A stretch of 64,000 nucleotides of DNA from contig JBOFYP010000073.1 of the NCBI GenBank assembly GCA_051654725.1, positions 4,199-68,198 on the forward strand, given 5' to 3'. A program made the position numbers and the translations under genes. This document shows positions 38,386 through 48,828 of this stretch, one piece after another; positions within the stretch are counted from its first letter, which is position 1; every line of letters begins with the position of its first letter. The DNA comes from Cetobacterium sp. (GTDB lineage Bacteria; Fusobacteriota; Fusobacteriia; Fusobacteriales; Fusobacteriaceae). Under the pieces are notes generated by a model. The model did not search any database. It worked only from the letters and a program-made list of their open reading frames with translations, and was not told the origin of the DNA.

Positions 38386-41010
38386 TTGTCAGCAGATACC
38401 CCACTAATGACCCAATATAAAGAGATAAAAGAGGAAAATAAAGATAGTATTTTATTTTTTAGATTAGGTGATTTTTATGAGATGTTTTTTGATGATGCAG
38501 TAATAGCATCAAAAGAATTAGGATTGACTTTAACAAGTAGAAATAAAGAAAAAGGTGTAGAGGTACCATTAGCAGGGATACCTTATCATTCATCAGCAGG
38601 GTATATAGGTAAATTGGTTGCAAAAGGCTATAAAGTTTCAATTTGTGAGCAAGTAGAAGACCCAAGACAGACTAAGGGAATAGTAAAAAGAGAGGTTGTT
38701 AGAATTATAACACCTGGAACTATCATAGATACAGAGTATTTAGATGAAAAAAGTAATAATTATCTTATGGGAATAGTACTGAAAAAAGATTCAATAGGAT
38801 TAACATATATAGATATAACAACTGGAGAATTTGTAGCAAGTGAAAAAGAAAAAACAGAGGATTATATTTATAAAATTTTGGGTGAAATAAATAAAGTTTC
38901 TCCAAGAGAGGTTATAATAGATGAAAGTTCATATCTAGATTTAGAAAAAGAGTTAAAACAATTTGCTCAAATTAATAAAATAAATATAAATTCATACTTA
39001 AAAGTTAAAAAAAGTGAAGAGTATTTAAAAAATTATTTCAAAGTTATATCTTTAGATAGTTTTGATTTAAATGGAAAGACATCTGCAATTGAAGCTTCTG
39101 CAATGGTTCTTAGTTATGTTTTAGAGTTACAAAAAGGAAATGATATTCCAGTGGATAAGATAGTATACACTGGCAGTGAAGATATAATGGAGCTGAATTT
39201 AACAACTCAAAGAAATTTAGATATAGTTGCTTCTAATAGAGAGAATGGTGTTCTAGGTACATTACAGTGGGTTTTAGATAGTTGTAAAAGTTCTATGGGA
39301 AGTAGATTGTTAAAACATTTTTTAAAAAATCCATCTATTTCTAAGAATGTTATTTTAGATAGACAAAAAGATATAGACTTCTTCTATAATAATGTTCTAT
39401 TAAGAGAGGAGTTAAGAGAAAGATTAAAAGAGATTTATGATATTGAAAGAATAATTGGAAAATTAGTTTTAGGAAATGAAAATGCAAGAGATTTAGTGGC
39501 TCTGAAAAAATCAATATTTAATAGTTTAGAGATATATAAAGCTTTAAAGGGTGCACCAATATTCGAAATAGCATTAGATGAATTAGTTGAGATATATAAT
39601 TTGATAGAAAAATCAATAAAAAATGAGGTTCCATTCTCTGTTAGAGAGGGAGGAATGATAGAATCAGGATATAATAAAGAGTTAGATGAACTACATAATA
39701 TCTCTAAAAATGGAAAAGATACAATATTAGAGATTGAGAATAGAGAGAGAGAAAGAACAGGAATTAAGGGGCTAAAGATAAAATACAATAAAGTCTTTGG
39801 ATATTTCATAGAGGTTACAAAAGCAAATATTCCATTAGTTCCAGCAGATTATATAAGAAAACAAACTTTAGCAAATGCAGAAAGATATATTGTAGAAGAT
39901 TTGAAAATATACGAAGAAAAAGTATTGAATGCCAAAGATAAAATTGAAAATTTAGAATATGTTTTATTCAAAGAGATTTCAGAGAAGATAAAACAGCATA
40001 GAAAAGTATTACATGATTTAGCTTATAAAATATCTTATCTTGATGTAATTTCAAACTTTGCTCATATAGCAACTAAAAATAATTACATAAAACCAGAAAT
40101 TACAGAATCGGAAAACATAGAGATTATAGGTGGAAGACATCCTATCGTTGAACAATTGGTAGGAAGGGAAAATTTTGTAAAAAATAGTATAGTTTTAAAT
40201 GAAGATAAAAACCTGATAATACTAACTGGACCAAATATGTCTGGTAAATCAACTTATATGAAACAGGTAGCACTTATTTTAATAATGGCTCATACAGGCT
40301 CTTATGTACCAGCTGAATATGCTAAAATAGGAATTGTAGATAAAATATTTACTCGTATTGGAGCTAGTGATGATTTGGTTACAGGACAATCAACATTTAT
40401 GTTGGAAATGAGTGAAGTAGCTAATATAGTTAACAGCTCAACTAAAAATTCATTTATAATATTAGATGAAATAGGAAGAGGAACTTCAACATTTGATGGT
40501 ATCTCTATAGCAACAGCAATAACAGAATATATTCATGATAATATACGAGCAAAAACAATTTTTGCAACACACTATCACGAATTAACTCAGCTTGAATCAA
40601 AATTAAATAAATCTGCAAACTTTAGAATAGAAGTTAAAGAGGATGAGAAAGAGATTACCTTCTTAAGAGAGATTGTTAAGGGTGGAGCAGATAAATCTTA
40701 TGGTATAGAGGTTGCAAGATTGGCTGGTTTACCAAAAGAGATTTTGGATAGAGCAAAAGAGATGTTAAAAGTTTTAGAAAATAGAAAAATGATAATAGAG
40801 AAAAAAGTCAAAAAAGAGCAATTGATATTATTTGGAAATCTTGAACCAGAAATTAAAGAGGAACCAGTAAAAAAAACAGAAGAAAATATTATTCAACTTG
40901 AAAATGAAGAAAGAATAGTTTTACGTCTTTTAAAAGAAATCGAACTTGATAAAATGACACCATTAGATGCTTTTTTAAAGATAAATGAATTGAAACGTAT
41001 CTTAAACTAG
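38386..41010 (+). CDS. mutS: DNA mismatch repair protein MutS
   Basis: TPLMTQY, FFRLGDFYEMF, GPNMSGKS, DEIGRGTST, FATHYHEL. TTG start. Confidence 0.98.
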   Translation: MSADTPLMTQYKEIKEENKDSILFFRLGDFYEMFFDDAVIASKELGLTLTSRNKEKGVEVPLAGIPYHSSAGYIGKLVAKGYKVSICEQVEDPRQTKGIVKREVVRIITPGTIIDTEYLDEKSNNYLMGIVLKKDSIGLTYIDITTGEFVASEKEKTEDYIYKILGEINKVSPREVIIDESSYLDLEKELKQFAQINKININSYLKVKKSEEYLKNYFKVISLDSFDLNGKTSAIEASAMVLSYVLELQKGNDIPVDKIVYTGSEDIMELNLTTQRNLDIVASNRENGVLGTLQWVLDSCKSSMGSRLLKHFLKNPSISKNVILDRQKDIDFFYNNVLLREELRERLKEIYDIERIIGKLVLGNENARDLVALKKSIFNSLEIYKALKGAPIFEIALDELVEIYNLIEKSIKNEVPFSVREGGMIESGYNKELDELHNISKNGKDTILEIENRERERTGIKGLKIKYNKVFGYFIEVTKANIPLVPADYIRKQTLANAERYIVEDLKIYEEKVLNAKDKIENLEYVLFKEISEKIKQHRKVLHDLAYKISYLDVISNFAHIATKNNYIKPEITESENIEIIGGRHPIVEQLVGRENFVKNSIVLNEDKNLIILTGPNMSGKSTYMKQVALILIMAHTGSYVPAEYAKIGIVDKIFTRIGASDDLVTGQSTFMLEMSEVANIVNSSTKNSFIILDEIGRGTSTFDGISIATAITEYIHDNIRAKTIFATHYHELTQLESKLNKSANFRIEVKEDEKEITFLREIVKGGADKSYGIEVARLAGLPKEILDRAKEMLKVLENRKMIIEKKVKKEQLILFGNLEPEIKEEPVKKTEENIIQLENEERIVLRLLKEIELDKMTPLDAFLKINELKRILN

Positions 41011-41018
41011 GAGGAATC

Positions 41019-43775
41019 ATGGATAAGAAAAAGTTAGCCTATAGATTTGCAATAGTATCGGCATTGGTTTTGGGATATTTTAATTATTTTGGAGATGAAA
41101 AAGAAATTGCAAAAAAAGAAGAGGTAGTAGAAACTATAGGAGCTGTGTATGATACAGAAGGTTATCATATAGAGGCAGACAAGCAAAAAGATTTTTTAAA
41201 TAAAAATGAAACAACTTTTGAAAAAGCAAAAGCTGTGTTGAATGGAATGATTTTAACAGGAGATAATGCTATTTTAGATGCTGGGAAGAATTTATTGTTA
41301 AAATCTAATATTTTAGGTAAAAGTGTTAATGGTTGGGAGTTTCAAACACAAGAAGCTAAATATACAAAAGAAAATGGAGAGATAGAATCTACTATAGGTG
41401 TAACTGCAGTCAATAAAGAGAAAGAGATAGAGATATCTGGTCAGAATTTTAAAAGTGATTTGAAAATGGAAAATGTAGTTTTAGCTGGAGATGTTCAAAT
41501 AAAAACTAAAAACATAACATTATCAGCAGAACAAGCAAATTACAATGATAAAGATAAAATTCTAACTGTTGAAGGAAAAGCATTTTTATCAGGAAGTAAT
41601 CTAGGAGATGAAGGTGGAATATTAACAGGGAATTTTTCTGGTTTAAAATATAATACAGAAACTAACTTATTAACATCATCAAATCCTTTTGAAGTAGATT
41701 ATAACGGTATTAAATTATATGGAGAGGATTTAATTTTAAATGACAAAGTAGAGTCGTTTACAATTAGTAAAAATGTACATATATTAGCTGATGGATATAA
41801 AATAGATATGGAAAGCATCACTTCAGATGGTGGAGATAATGTTAATTTTAATGGAAAAATTAAAGGTACTAATGGAATATATTCATTCTCTGGAAATGAA
41901 GGAGTTTACAATAAAATTACAAAAAAACTCGTTATAAAAGGAGACGTATCTGGAAATGATAAAGAAGGTGCGAAGTTATCGGCAGATATGGCAATTTATT
42001 CAACAGATAAAAAAGAGTTAGAATTAATTTCAGATAAAAATATTGAGTATACGAGTTTAACAAATAGAATTTTAACAAAAAATTTAATCTATTTAACAGA
42101 AACAGGTGAATTATATTTAAAAGATGGTTATACATATTTCAGTGATAAATATGATAGTAAAGGTGAGAGCTTCTTCTATAATAAATTAACTGGAAAAGGG
42201 TATGTTATAAAAGGTACTGTTGTAGATAATATTGAAAAAAAATCAGCTTCTGGAAATAGAGTAGATTTTGATAGAAATGAAGAAAGTTATTTAGCTGAAG
42301 GAGAGGGAGTTTTCGAAGATTCTAATCATATTTTTAAAAGTTCTAAAATTGATTATCTAGGAAAAAAAGGATTTATTAATTTACCTGGGAATTATACTTT
42401 GGAAAGAAAATTAGAAAAAGATACTTTTGAAGGGTTAAAAGGTGAATATAATTTAATTACACAAATATTTAAATCATTTGGTGCAATTAAATATATGAGT
42501 AAAGATAACATACTTGAAGGAACAAATTTAGAATTTAATCAAAAAACAGGAATTGGTGTGATAGAAAAAGATTTAGTAGCAACTGACATTAAAGATGGTA
42601 CGAAAATTGTTACAACAACTGGAGAGTTTAAACAAAATGAATTTGTAAAGATAAAAGAAAAATTAGTTTTAACAACTGGAGATATAGTTGCTAATGCAAA
42701 TTCAGCAGATTATCAGATGAAAAATAAAAAAGTTTATATACCTGGAGAGATTACATTTGAAGATTCTGTTAAGAAAAGTTCTGGTAAAATGTATGATGGT
42801 GTATATGAAACAGAAAAAAAATTATTTACTGGTAAAAAATTTACTGGAAAAGATGTGAAGAATGCTTTAAAAAGTGATATAATAAAGTACTCAGTTGCAG
42901 AAAATGAGTTTATTTTAGAAGGAAATGCTGAGATAAAAGATAAAACATCTACTTTAAAAGGAGAACGTTTAGAATATAATCAAAATACAGAGATAGCTAA
43001 ATCAACACTTCCAATTAAAATAAACTATGGTGAATATGATATTGATATGAATAATGGATCAATAAATCAAAAAACAAGTTATTTAGATGGAGATAAAGTT
43101 GTAATTAAATCTAAACAGAATGAAGAATTTAAAGGTGATAAAGTTATTGGAACTTTAGAAAATATGAATTTAGATTTTGTTGGAAATGTTTCAGGTAAAA
43201 TTTATCAAGATGGTTCTTTAGTAGATTTTAAAGGTGATTTTGTAAGAGCTTATTTCAAGAAAAATGCTCAAGGTAAAAATGAGGTTCAAAGAGTAGAGAT
43301 AAGAAAAAATGCTGTTATAAAAAAAGAGGGAACAACACTTTACTCTAATTACTTAGAGATTCAACCAGAAAAGAAACTAGTTTTTGGTAAAGAAAATACA
43401 AAAGCAGTTTTAAAAGATAAAGATGGAGTAGTAACTACAGTTACAGCTGACATGATGAATGGTAATTTAAATACTGAAGTTATTGATTTAGTTGGTAAAG
43501 TTGTAATAGTTAGAAAAGATAAACAAAAAATTTTAAATACAACATCAACAAAAGCTAAACTAAAAAATAAAGAAGATTTAGTAGAGTTAAGAGGAGATGT
43601 TTTTATAGATGACGGTGATTCAATAGTTACAGCTGATGAGGTAGACTATAATATGAAGACTAATAAAGCTAAAGCAAGAGGAAATGTTTTCGTAGATTAT
43701 AAAGGGAATGAAAATAAAACTTTAAATAACAAAAATGAAATAAACTCAGGATACAACAAAATTATAAATAAATAA
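41019..43775 (+). CDS. Large membrane-anchored LptC/LptA(OstA)-like multi-beta-jellyroll protein
   Basis: Single N-terminal TM segment, then many repeats of the x(A/S/G)Dxxx(Y/F)...xxxGNV OstA-type pattern. Lies immediately upstream of lptB. Confidence 0.75.
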   Translation: MDKKKLAYRFAIVSALVLGYFNYFGDEKEIAKKEEVVETIGAVYDTEGYHIEADKQKDFLNKNETTFEKAKAVLNGMILTGDNAILDAGKNLLLKSNILGKSVNGWEFQTQEAKYTKENGEIESTIGVTAVNKEKEIEISGQNFKSDLKMENVVLAGDVQIKTKNITLSAEQANYNDKDKILTVEGKAFLSGSNLGDEGGILTGNFSGLKYNTETNLLTSSNPFEVDYNGIKLYGEDLILNDKVESFTISKNVHILADGYKIDMESITSDGGDNVNFNGKIKGTNGIYSFSGNEGVYNKITKKLVIKGDVSGNDKEGAKLSADMAIYSTDKKELELISDKNIEYTSLTNRILTKNLIYLTETGELYLKDGYTYFSDKYDSKGESFFYNKLTGKGYVIKGTVVDNIEKKSASGNRVDFDRNEESYLAEGEGVFEDSNHIFKSSKIDYLGKKGFINLPGNYTLERKLEKDTFEGLKGEYNLITQIFKSFGAIKYMSKDNILEGTNLEFNQKTGIGVIEKDLVATDIKDGTKIVTTTGEFKQNEFVKIKEKLVLTTGDIVANANSADYQMKNKKVYIPGEITFEDSVKKSSGKMYDGVYETEKKLFTGKKFTGKDVKNALKSDIIKYSVAENEFILEGNAEIKDKTSTLKGERLEYNQNTEIAKSTLPIKINYGEYDIDMNNGSINQKTSYLDGDKVVIKSKQNEEFKGDKVIGTLENMNLDFVGNVSGKIYQDGSLVDFKGDFVRAYFKKNAQGKNEVQRVEIRKNAVIKKEGTTLYSNYLEIQPEKKLVFGKENTKAVLKDKDGVVTTVTADMMNGNLNTEVIDLVGKVVIVRKDKQKILNTTSTKAKLKNKEDLVELRGDVFIDDGDSIVTADEVDYNMKTNKAKARGNVFVDYKGNENKTLNNKNEINSGYNKIINK

Positions 43776-43784
43776 GGAGAACTT

Positions 43785-44510
43785 ATGAGAAGTATAGTTG
43801 CTCAAGGATTATGCAAAAGTTATAAAAAAAGACAAGTTGTTAATGAAGTAAGTTTAGAAGTTAAAAAAGGTGAGATTGTAGGATTATTAGGTCCAAATGG
43901 AGCAGGGAAAACTACAACTTTTTATATGATTACTGGAATTGTAAAGCCTGAAAAAGGTGAAGTTTTTATAAATGAAGTTGATATAACAGATTACCCGATG
44001 TATAAAAGAGCTGATATGGGAATAGGATACTTAGCTCAAGAACCATCAATATTTAGAGATTTATCAGTTGAAGATAATATATTAGCAATATTAGAGATGA
44101 AAGGTTTTTCAAAAGAGGAACAATTAAAAAAAATGACTGACCTTTTAGAAGAGTTTAAATTAACTCATGTAGCAAAATCTATGGGGTATTCTCTTTCTGG
44201 TGGAGAGAGAAGAAGAGTTGAGATAGCTAGAACAATAGCAAACGATCCAGATTTTATATTGTTAGATGAGCCATTTGCAGGAGTAGATCCAATAGCAGTT
44301 GAAGATATTCAACAGATTATAAGGTATTTAAAGCAAAGAGGATTGGGAATTTTAATAACAGACCACTCGGTTAGAGAAACTTTATCAATAACTGAAAAAG
44401 CTTATATAATGGCTAATGGAAAAGTTCTTATAAGTGGAACACCTGAGGAGATAGCAAACGACCCAATAGCTAAAAAAGTATATTTAGGTGAAAACTTTAA
44501 ATTAGATTAA
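43785..44510 (+). CDS. lptB: LPS export ABC ATPase
   Basis: GPNGAGKTTTFY, YLAQEPSIFR, LSGGERRRVEIAR, LDEPFAGVDP, TDH, VYLGENF. Confidence 0.97.
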   Translation: MRSIVAQGLCKSYKKRQVVNEVSLEVKKGEIVGLLGPNGAGKTTTFYMITGIVKPEKGEVFINEVDITDYPMYKRADMGIGYLAQEPSIFRDLSVEDNILAILEMKGFSKEEQLKKMTDLLEEFKLTHVAKSMGYSLSGGERRRVEIARTIANDPDFILLDEPFAGVDPIAVEDIQQIIRYLKQRGLGILITDHSVRETLSITEKAYIMANGKVLISGTPEEIANDPIAKKVYLGENFKLD

Positions 44511-44545
44511 ATAAATTTTAAAAAAATAGTGGAGGAAACAAGAAA

Positions 44546-47152
44546 ATGTTAACAGGTAATGAAATTAGAAGTAAGTTTATAAAATTCTTTGAAGAAAAAA
44601 ATCATAAGCATTTTGAAAGTGCGTCATTAATTCCAGATGATCCTACTCTTTTATTAACAGTAGCAGGAATGGTACCATTTAAGCCTTATTTCTTAGGTCA
44701 AAAAGAAGCACCAACACCAAGAGTGACAACTTATCAAAAATGTATAAGAACAAACGATTTAGAAAATGTTGGAAGAACAGCTAGACACCATACATTCTTT
44801 GAAATGTTAGGAAACTTCTCTTTCGGAGATTACTTTAGAGAGGAAGCAATACTTTGGTCTTGGGAATTTATAACTGAAGTATTAAAATTAGAAAAAGAAA
44901 AATTATGGATTTCAGTTTTCACAACAGATGATGAAGCAGAAAAAATTTGGATTGAAAAATGTAACTTCCCTAAAGAAAGAATTGTAAGAATGGGAGAATC
45001 AGAAAACTGGTGGGCAGCAGGACTTACTGGATCTTGTGGACCTTGTTCAGAGATTCATGTTGATTTAGGTGTGGCTTATGGTGGAGATGAAAATTCAAAG
45101 CTTGGAGATGAAGGAACAGATAATAGATTCATTGAGATATGGAACTTAGTATTCACAGAGTGGAATAGAATGGAGGATGGGTCTTTACAACCACTTCCAA
45201 AAAAGAATATAGATACAGGAGCAGGACTAGAAAGAGTAGCTGCAATGGTTCAAGGTAAATCAAATAACTTTGAAACAGATTTAATTTTCCCAATAGTAGA
45301 AGAAGCTGGAAGATTAACAAATACAAAATATGGAACTGATTCTAAAATAGATTTCTCTTTAAAAGTAATTACAGACCATTCAAGAGCAGTAACATTCTTA
45401 ATTAATGATGGAGTAATTCCATCAAATGAAGGAAGAGGTTATGTTTTAAGAAGAATACTAAGAAGAGCTGTAAGACACGGAAGAATGCTTGGAAGAAAAG
45501 AATTATTTATGTATCAAATGGTAGATAAAGTTGTAGAGTTAATGGGTGAAGCTTATCCAGAATTAAGAAAAAATATAGAGCATATTAAAAAAGTTGTAAA
45601 AATTGAAGAGGAAAAATTCTCAAACACTCTTGATCAAGGAATTCAATTGGTTACAAATGAGATAAAAGCTGTAAAATTAAAAGGAGAATCAAAATTATCT
45701 GGAGATATAACATTTAAAATGTATGACACTTACGGATTCCCTTATGAATTAACAGAAGAGATTTGTGAAGAAAATGATATCAAAATTTCAAATGAAGAGT
45801 TTTTAGAAAAGATGCAAGAACAAAGAGAAAAAGCTAGATCTGCAAGAACAGTTATAATGGAAAAAGGTCAAGATAGCTTTATAGAAGAGTTTTATGATAA
45901 ATATGGTAAAACAGAATTTACAGGTTATACTGACTTAATGACTTCTGCAAATCTATTAAGTGTAAGAGAGTTAGAAGAAAATAGATACGCTCTTATATTT
46001 GATAAAACACCATTCTATGCTGAATCAGGTGGACAAGAATCTGATAACGGAATAGTAGAGGGAGAAAAATTAGTTGCTAAAGTTGTAGGAATTCAAAAAC
46101 AGAAAGAGATATATACTCATATAGTAGAAGTTGAAACTGGAGTTGAAGAGTTAACTGAAGGAGCATTATTAAGTTTAACAGTAGATCCAGTAAGAAGAGA
46201 AGAGATTGCAAAAAATCATACTGCTACTCATTTATTACACCAAGCTTTAAAAGATGTTTTAGGAAGCCATGTTCAACAAGCAGGTTCATCTTGTGGAGCA
46301 GATAGATTAAGATTTGACTTTAACCACTACGAAGGATTAACTTCTGAAGAGTTAGAAAAAGTTGAAAAAGCTGTAAATGAAAGAATATTTATGTCAACAG
46401 CTGTAAATGCAGATGTTATGTCAATGGATGAAGCAAAAGCTAAAGGAGCAACAGCTTTATTTGGAGATAAATATGGAAATGAAGTTAGAGTTGTAACTAT
46501 TGGAGATTACTCAATGGAACTTTGTGGAGGAACACATATAAATAATATCAGTAAAATTGGTATGTTTAAAATAGTTTCAGAAGCAGGAGTAGCAGCAGGA
46601 GTAAGAAGAATAGAAGCTCAAACAAGTTACAAAGCTTATTTAGCTGTATTTGAGATGGAAAAAACTATGAAAAAAGTAGCGAAAAATCTTAAAACAGATT
46701 TAAATAAAATAGAAGAAAGATCAGAAAAAATAGTTGAAGAAGTAAGAGAGTTATCGAAAGAAATTGAAATATTAAAAGCTAAAGTTGCAACATTTGAAGC
46801 AAGTTCTCTATTTGAAGAAGTAGAAGAGATAAACGGTGTAAAAGTTTTAGTTAAAGATTTCAAAGATAAAGATGCAGATTCTTTAAGAGAGATTGTAGAC
46901 AAGGCTAAAGATAAATTAGGAAGCTGTATTATAGTTTTAGGATCTAACAATGACAAAGCTGTATTTGCTGTTGGAGTTACAAAAGATTTAATATCAAAAG
47001 CAAAAGCTGGAGATTTAGTAAGAGAGGCTGCTAAAATAGCTGATGGAAACGGTGGAGGAAGACCTGACTTTGCACAAGCTGGTGGAAAAAATGGAGCAAA
47101 AGTTAAAGAGGCTCTATCTGCTGTTAAAGAAATTTTAGTAAATACATTATAA
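44546..47152 (+). CDS. alaS: Alanine--tRNA ligase
   Basis: HHTFFEMLGNFSFGDYF, IDTGAGLER, HTATHLLH, ELCGGTH, GGGRPDFAQAGG. Confidence 0.99.
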   Translation: MLTGNEIRSKFIKFFEEKNHKHFESASLIPDDPTLLLTVAGMVPFKPYFLGQKEAPTPRVTTYQKCIRTNDLENVGRTARHHTFFEMLGNFSFGDYFREEAILWSWEFITEVLKLEKEKLWISVFTTDDEAEKIWIEKCNFPKERIVRMGESENWWAAGLTGSCGPCSEIHVDLGVAYGGDENSKLGDEGTDNRFIEIWNLVFTEWNRMEDGSLQPLPKKNIDTGAGLERVAAMVQGKSNNFETDLIFPIVEEAGRLTNTKYGTDSKIDFSLKVITDHSRAVTFLINDGVIPSNEGRGYVLRRILRRAVRHGRMLGRKELFMYQMVDKVVELMGEAYPELRKNIEHIKKVVKIEEEKFSNTLDQGIQLVTNEIKAVKLKGESKLSGDITFKMYDTYGFPYELTEEICEENDIKISNEEFLEKMQEQREKARSARTVIMEKGQDSFIEEFYDKYGKTEFTGYTDLMTSANLLSVRELEENRYALIFDKTPFYAESGGQESDNGIVEGEKLVAKVVGIQKQKEIYTHIVEVETGVEELTEGALLSLTVDPVRREEIAKNHTATHLLHQALKDVLGSHVQQAGSSCGADRLRFDFNHYEGLTSEELEKVEKAVNERIFMSTAVNADVMSMDEAKAKGATALFGDKYGNEVRVVTIGDYSMELCGGTHINNISKIGMFKIVSEAGVAAGVRRIEAQTSYKAYLAVFEMEKTMKKVAKNLKTDLNKIEERSEKIVEEVRELSKEIEILKAKVATFEASSLFEEVEEINGVKVLVKDFKDKDADSLREIVDKAKDKLGSCIIVLGSNNDKAVFAVGVTKDLISKAKAGDLVREAAKIADGNGGGRPDFAQAGGKNGAKVKEALSAVKEILVNTL

Positions 47153-47167
47153 TTGGAGGAAGATAAA

Positions 47168-47587
47168 ATGCTTAAAAGATATCTTTCTTTAGATGTTGGA
47201 GATGTAAGAATAGGGGTGGCAAAATCAGATTTACTAGGGATGTTAGCCACTCCCTTAGAAGTTATAGACAGAAGAAAAACTAAAGCAGTAAAAAGGATTG
47301 CAGAACTATGTAGAGAAGAAAATACAAAATCAATAGTTATTGGAATTCCAAAAAGTTTAGATGGAACAGAAAAGCGTCAAGCTGAAAAAGTAAGAGAGTT
47401 TATAGAAAAATTAAATAAATCTATTGAAGGATTAGAATTTTTTGAAATAGATGAAAGACTTTCAACAGTTTCAGCAGACAAGATGTTAAATGAAACACAT
47501 TTAAGGGGAGCCAAAGAGAAAAGAAAAGTAGTTGATAAAGTAGCAGCAGCTATTATACTACAAACTTTTTTAGACATGAAAAAATAA
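47168..47587 (+). CDS. ruvX: YqgF/RuvX-family nuclease (pre-16S rRNA maturation)
   Basis: LDVGDVRIGVA.SD, DERLST, VDKVAAAIILQ. ATG 47168 follows GGAGG. Confidence 0.93.
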   Translation: MLKRYLSLDVGDVRIGVAKSDLLGMLATPLEVIDRRKTKAVKRIAELCREENTKSIVIGIPKSLDGTEKRQAEKVREFIEKLNKSIEGLEFFEIDERLSTVSADKMLNETHLRGAKEKRKVVDKVAAAIILQTFLDMKK

Positions 47588-47603
47588 CAAAACGGAGGCT
47601 AAA

Positions 47604-48824
47604 ATGAATTTAAAGGGGATGACAAAATTAATCTTTGTATTAGTAATACTGGTGTGTTCTTGGTGGCTAGCAGTATTAAAACCAACTAAATTGGGTCTAG
47701 ATTTAAAAGGTGGAGTTTATGTAGTTTTACAAGCTCAACCAGAAACAGGAACAGAGTTAGATGATGATGCAATGAATAGGTTAATAGAGGTTCTAGACAG
47801 AAGAATAAACGGTCTTGGAGTAGCAGAATCAGTTGTTCAAAGAGCAGGTACTGATAGAGTAATAATTGAATTACCTGGAATCACAAATTCAGAAGAAGCA
47901 GTTAATATGATTGGAAAAACAGCTTTAATGGAATTTAAAATAATGGGTGATGATGGAAAATTAGGTGAAACACTTTTAACAGGTGGAGCATTAAAAAAAG
48001 CCGAAGTTTCTTATGATAACTTAGGAAGACCTCAAATTCAATTTGAAATGAGTATAGAGGGTGCTAAAGAGTTTGCTAAAATAACAAGAGAAAATGTTGG
48101 TAAAAGATTAGCAATAACACTAGATGGGGAAGTACAAACAGCACCTTCAATAAATGGTGAAATACCAAGTGGAAATGGAGTTATCACAGGAAGTTATACT
48201 CCAGAAGAAGCAAAGAAAACAGCAACACTACTGAATGCAGGTGCATTACCAGTTAAAGCTGAAATAATTGAAACAAGAATTGTAGGGGCATCATTAGGAG
48301 ATGAATCTATAGCTCAAAGTAAAACAGCAGGAATGGTTGCAGTTGGTTTAATCGCAGTATTTATGCTATTTATGTATAGATTACCAGGATTCGTAGCTGA
48401 TTTGGCTTTAGTTACTTTTGGATTAGTAATGTTTGCAATGTTAAACTTTATAGATGCAACATTAACACTACCAGGAATAGCAGGAATGATTCTTTCAGCA
48501 GGAATGGCTGTAGATGCGAATGTAATAATATTTGAAAGAATAAAAGATGAGTTAAAATTAGGTGGTACTATAGCAGGGGCTATTAAGTTAGGTTTCAGTA
48601 AGGGAATAGCTTCAATTATAGATGCAAATGTAACAACATTATTAACTGCACTTGTATTATTTATGTTTGGAACGGGTACAGTAAAAGGATTTGCAGTTAC
48701 ATTGACTATAGGAACAGTAGCATCAATGCTTACTGCTATATTCATAACAAAGGTTCTGTTAACAACTATGGTAAGCTTATTTAAAATAAAAAGAACAGAG
48801 TTCTTTGGTGTGAAGAGGGGGTAA
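47604..48824 (+). CDS. secD: Protein translocase subunit SecD
   Basis: LGLDLKGG, RRINGLGVAE, GALP, LTLPGIAG, DANVIIFERI, KGFAVTL. Confidence 0.96.
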   Translation: MNLKGMTKLIFVLVILVCSWWLAVLKPTKLGLDLKGGVYVVLQAQPETGTELDDDAMNRLIEVLDRRINGLGVAESVVQRAGTDRVIIELPGITNSEEAVNMIGKTALMEFKIMGDDGKLGETLLTGGALKKAEVSYDNLGRPQIQFEMSIEGAKEFAKITRENVGKRLAITLDGEVQTAPSINGEIPSGNGVITGSYTPEEAKKTATLLNAGALPVKAEIIETRIVGASLGDESIAQSKTAGMVAVGLIAVFMLFMYRLPGFVADLALVTFGLVMFAMLNFIDATLTLPGIAGMILSAGMAVDANVIIFERIKDELKLGGTIAGAIKLGFSKGIASIIDANVTTLLTALVLFMFGTGTVKGFAVTLTIGTVASMLTAIFITKVLLTTMVSLFKIKRTEFFGVKRG

Positions 48825-48828
48825 TTAA

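Noticed and set aside
46636-47250. 204-aa minus-strand ORF
   Set aside because: Antisense shadow of alaS/ruvX with Ser/Leu/Phe-rich composition and no recognisable motifs.
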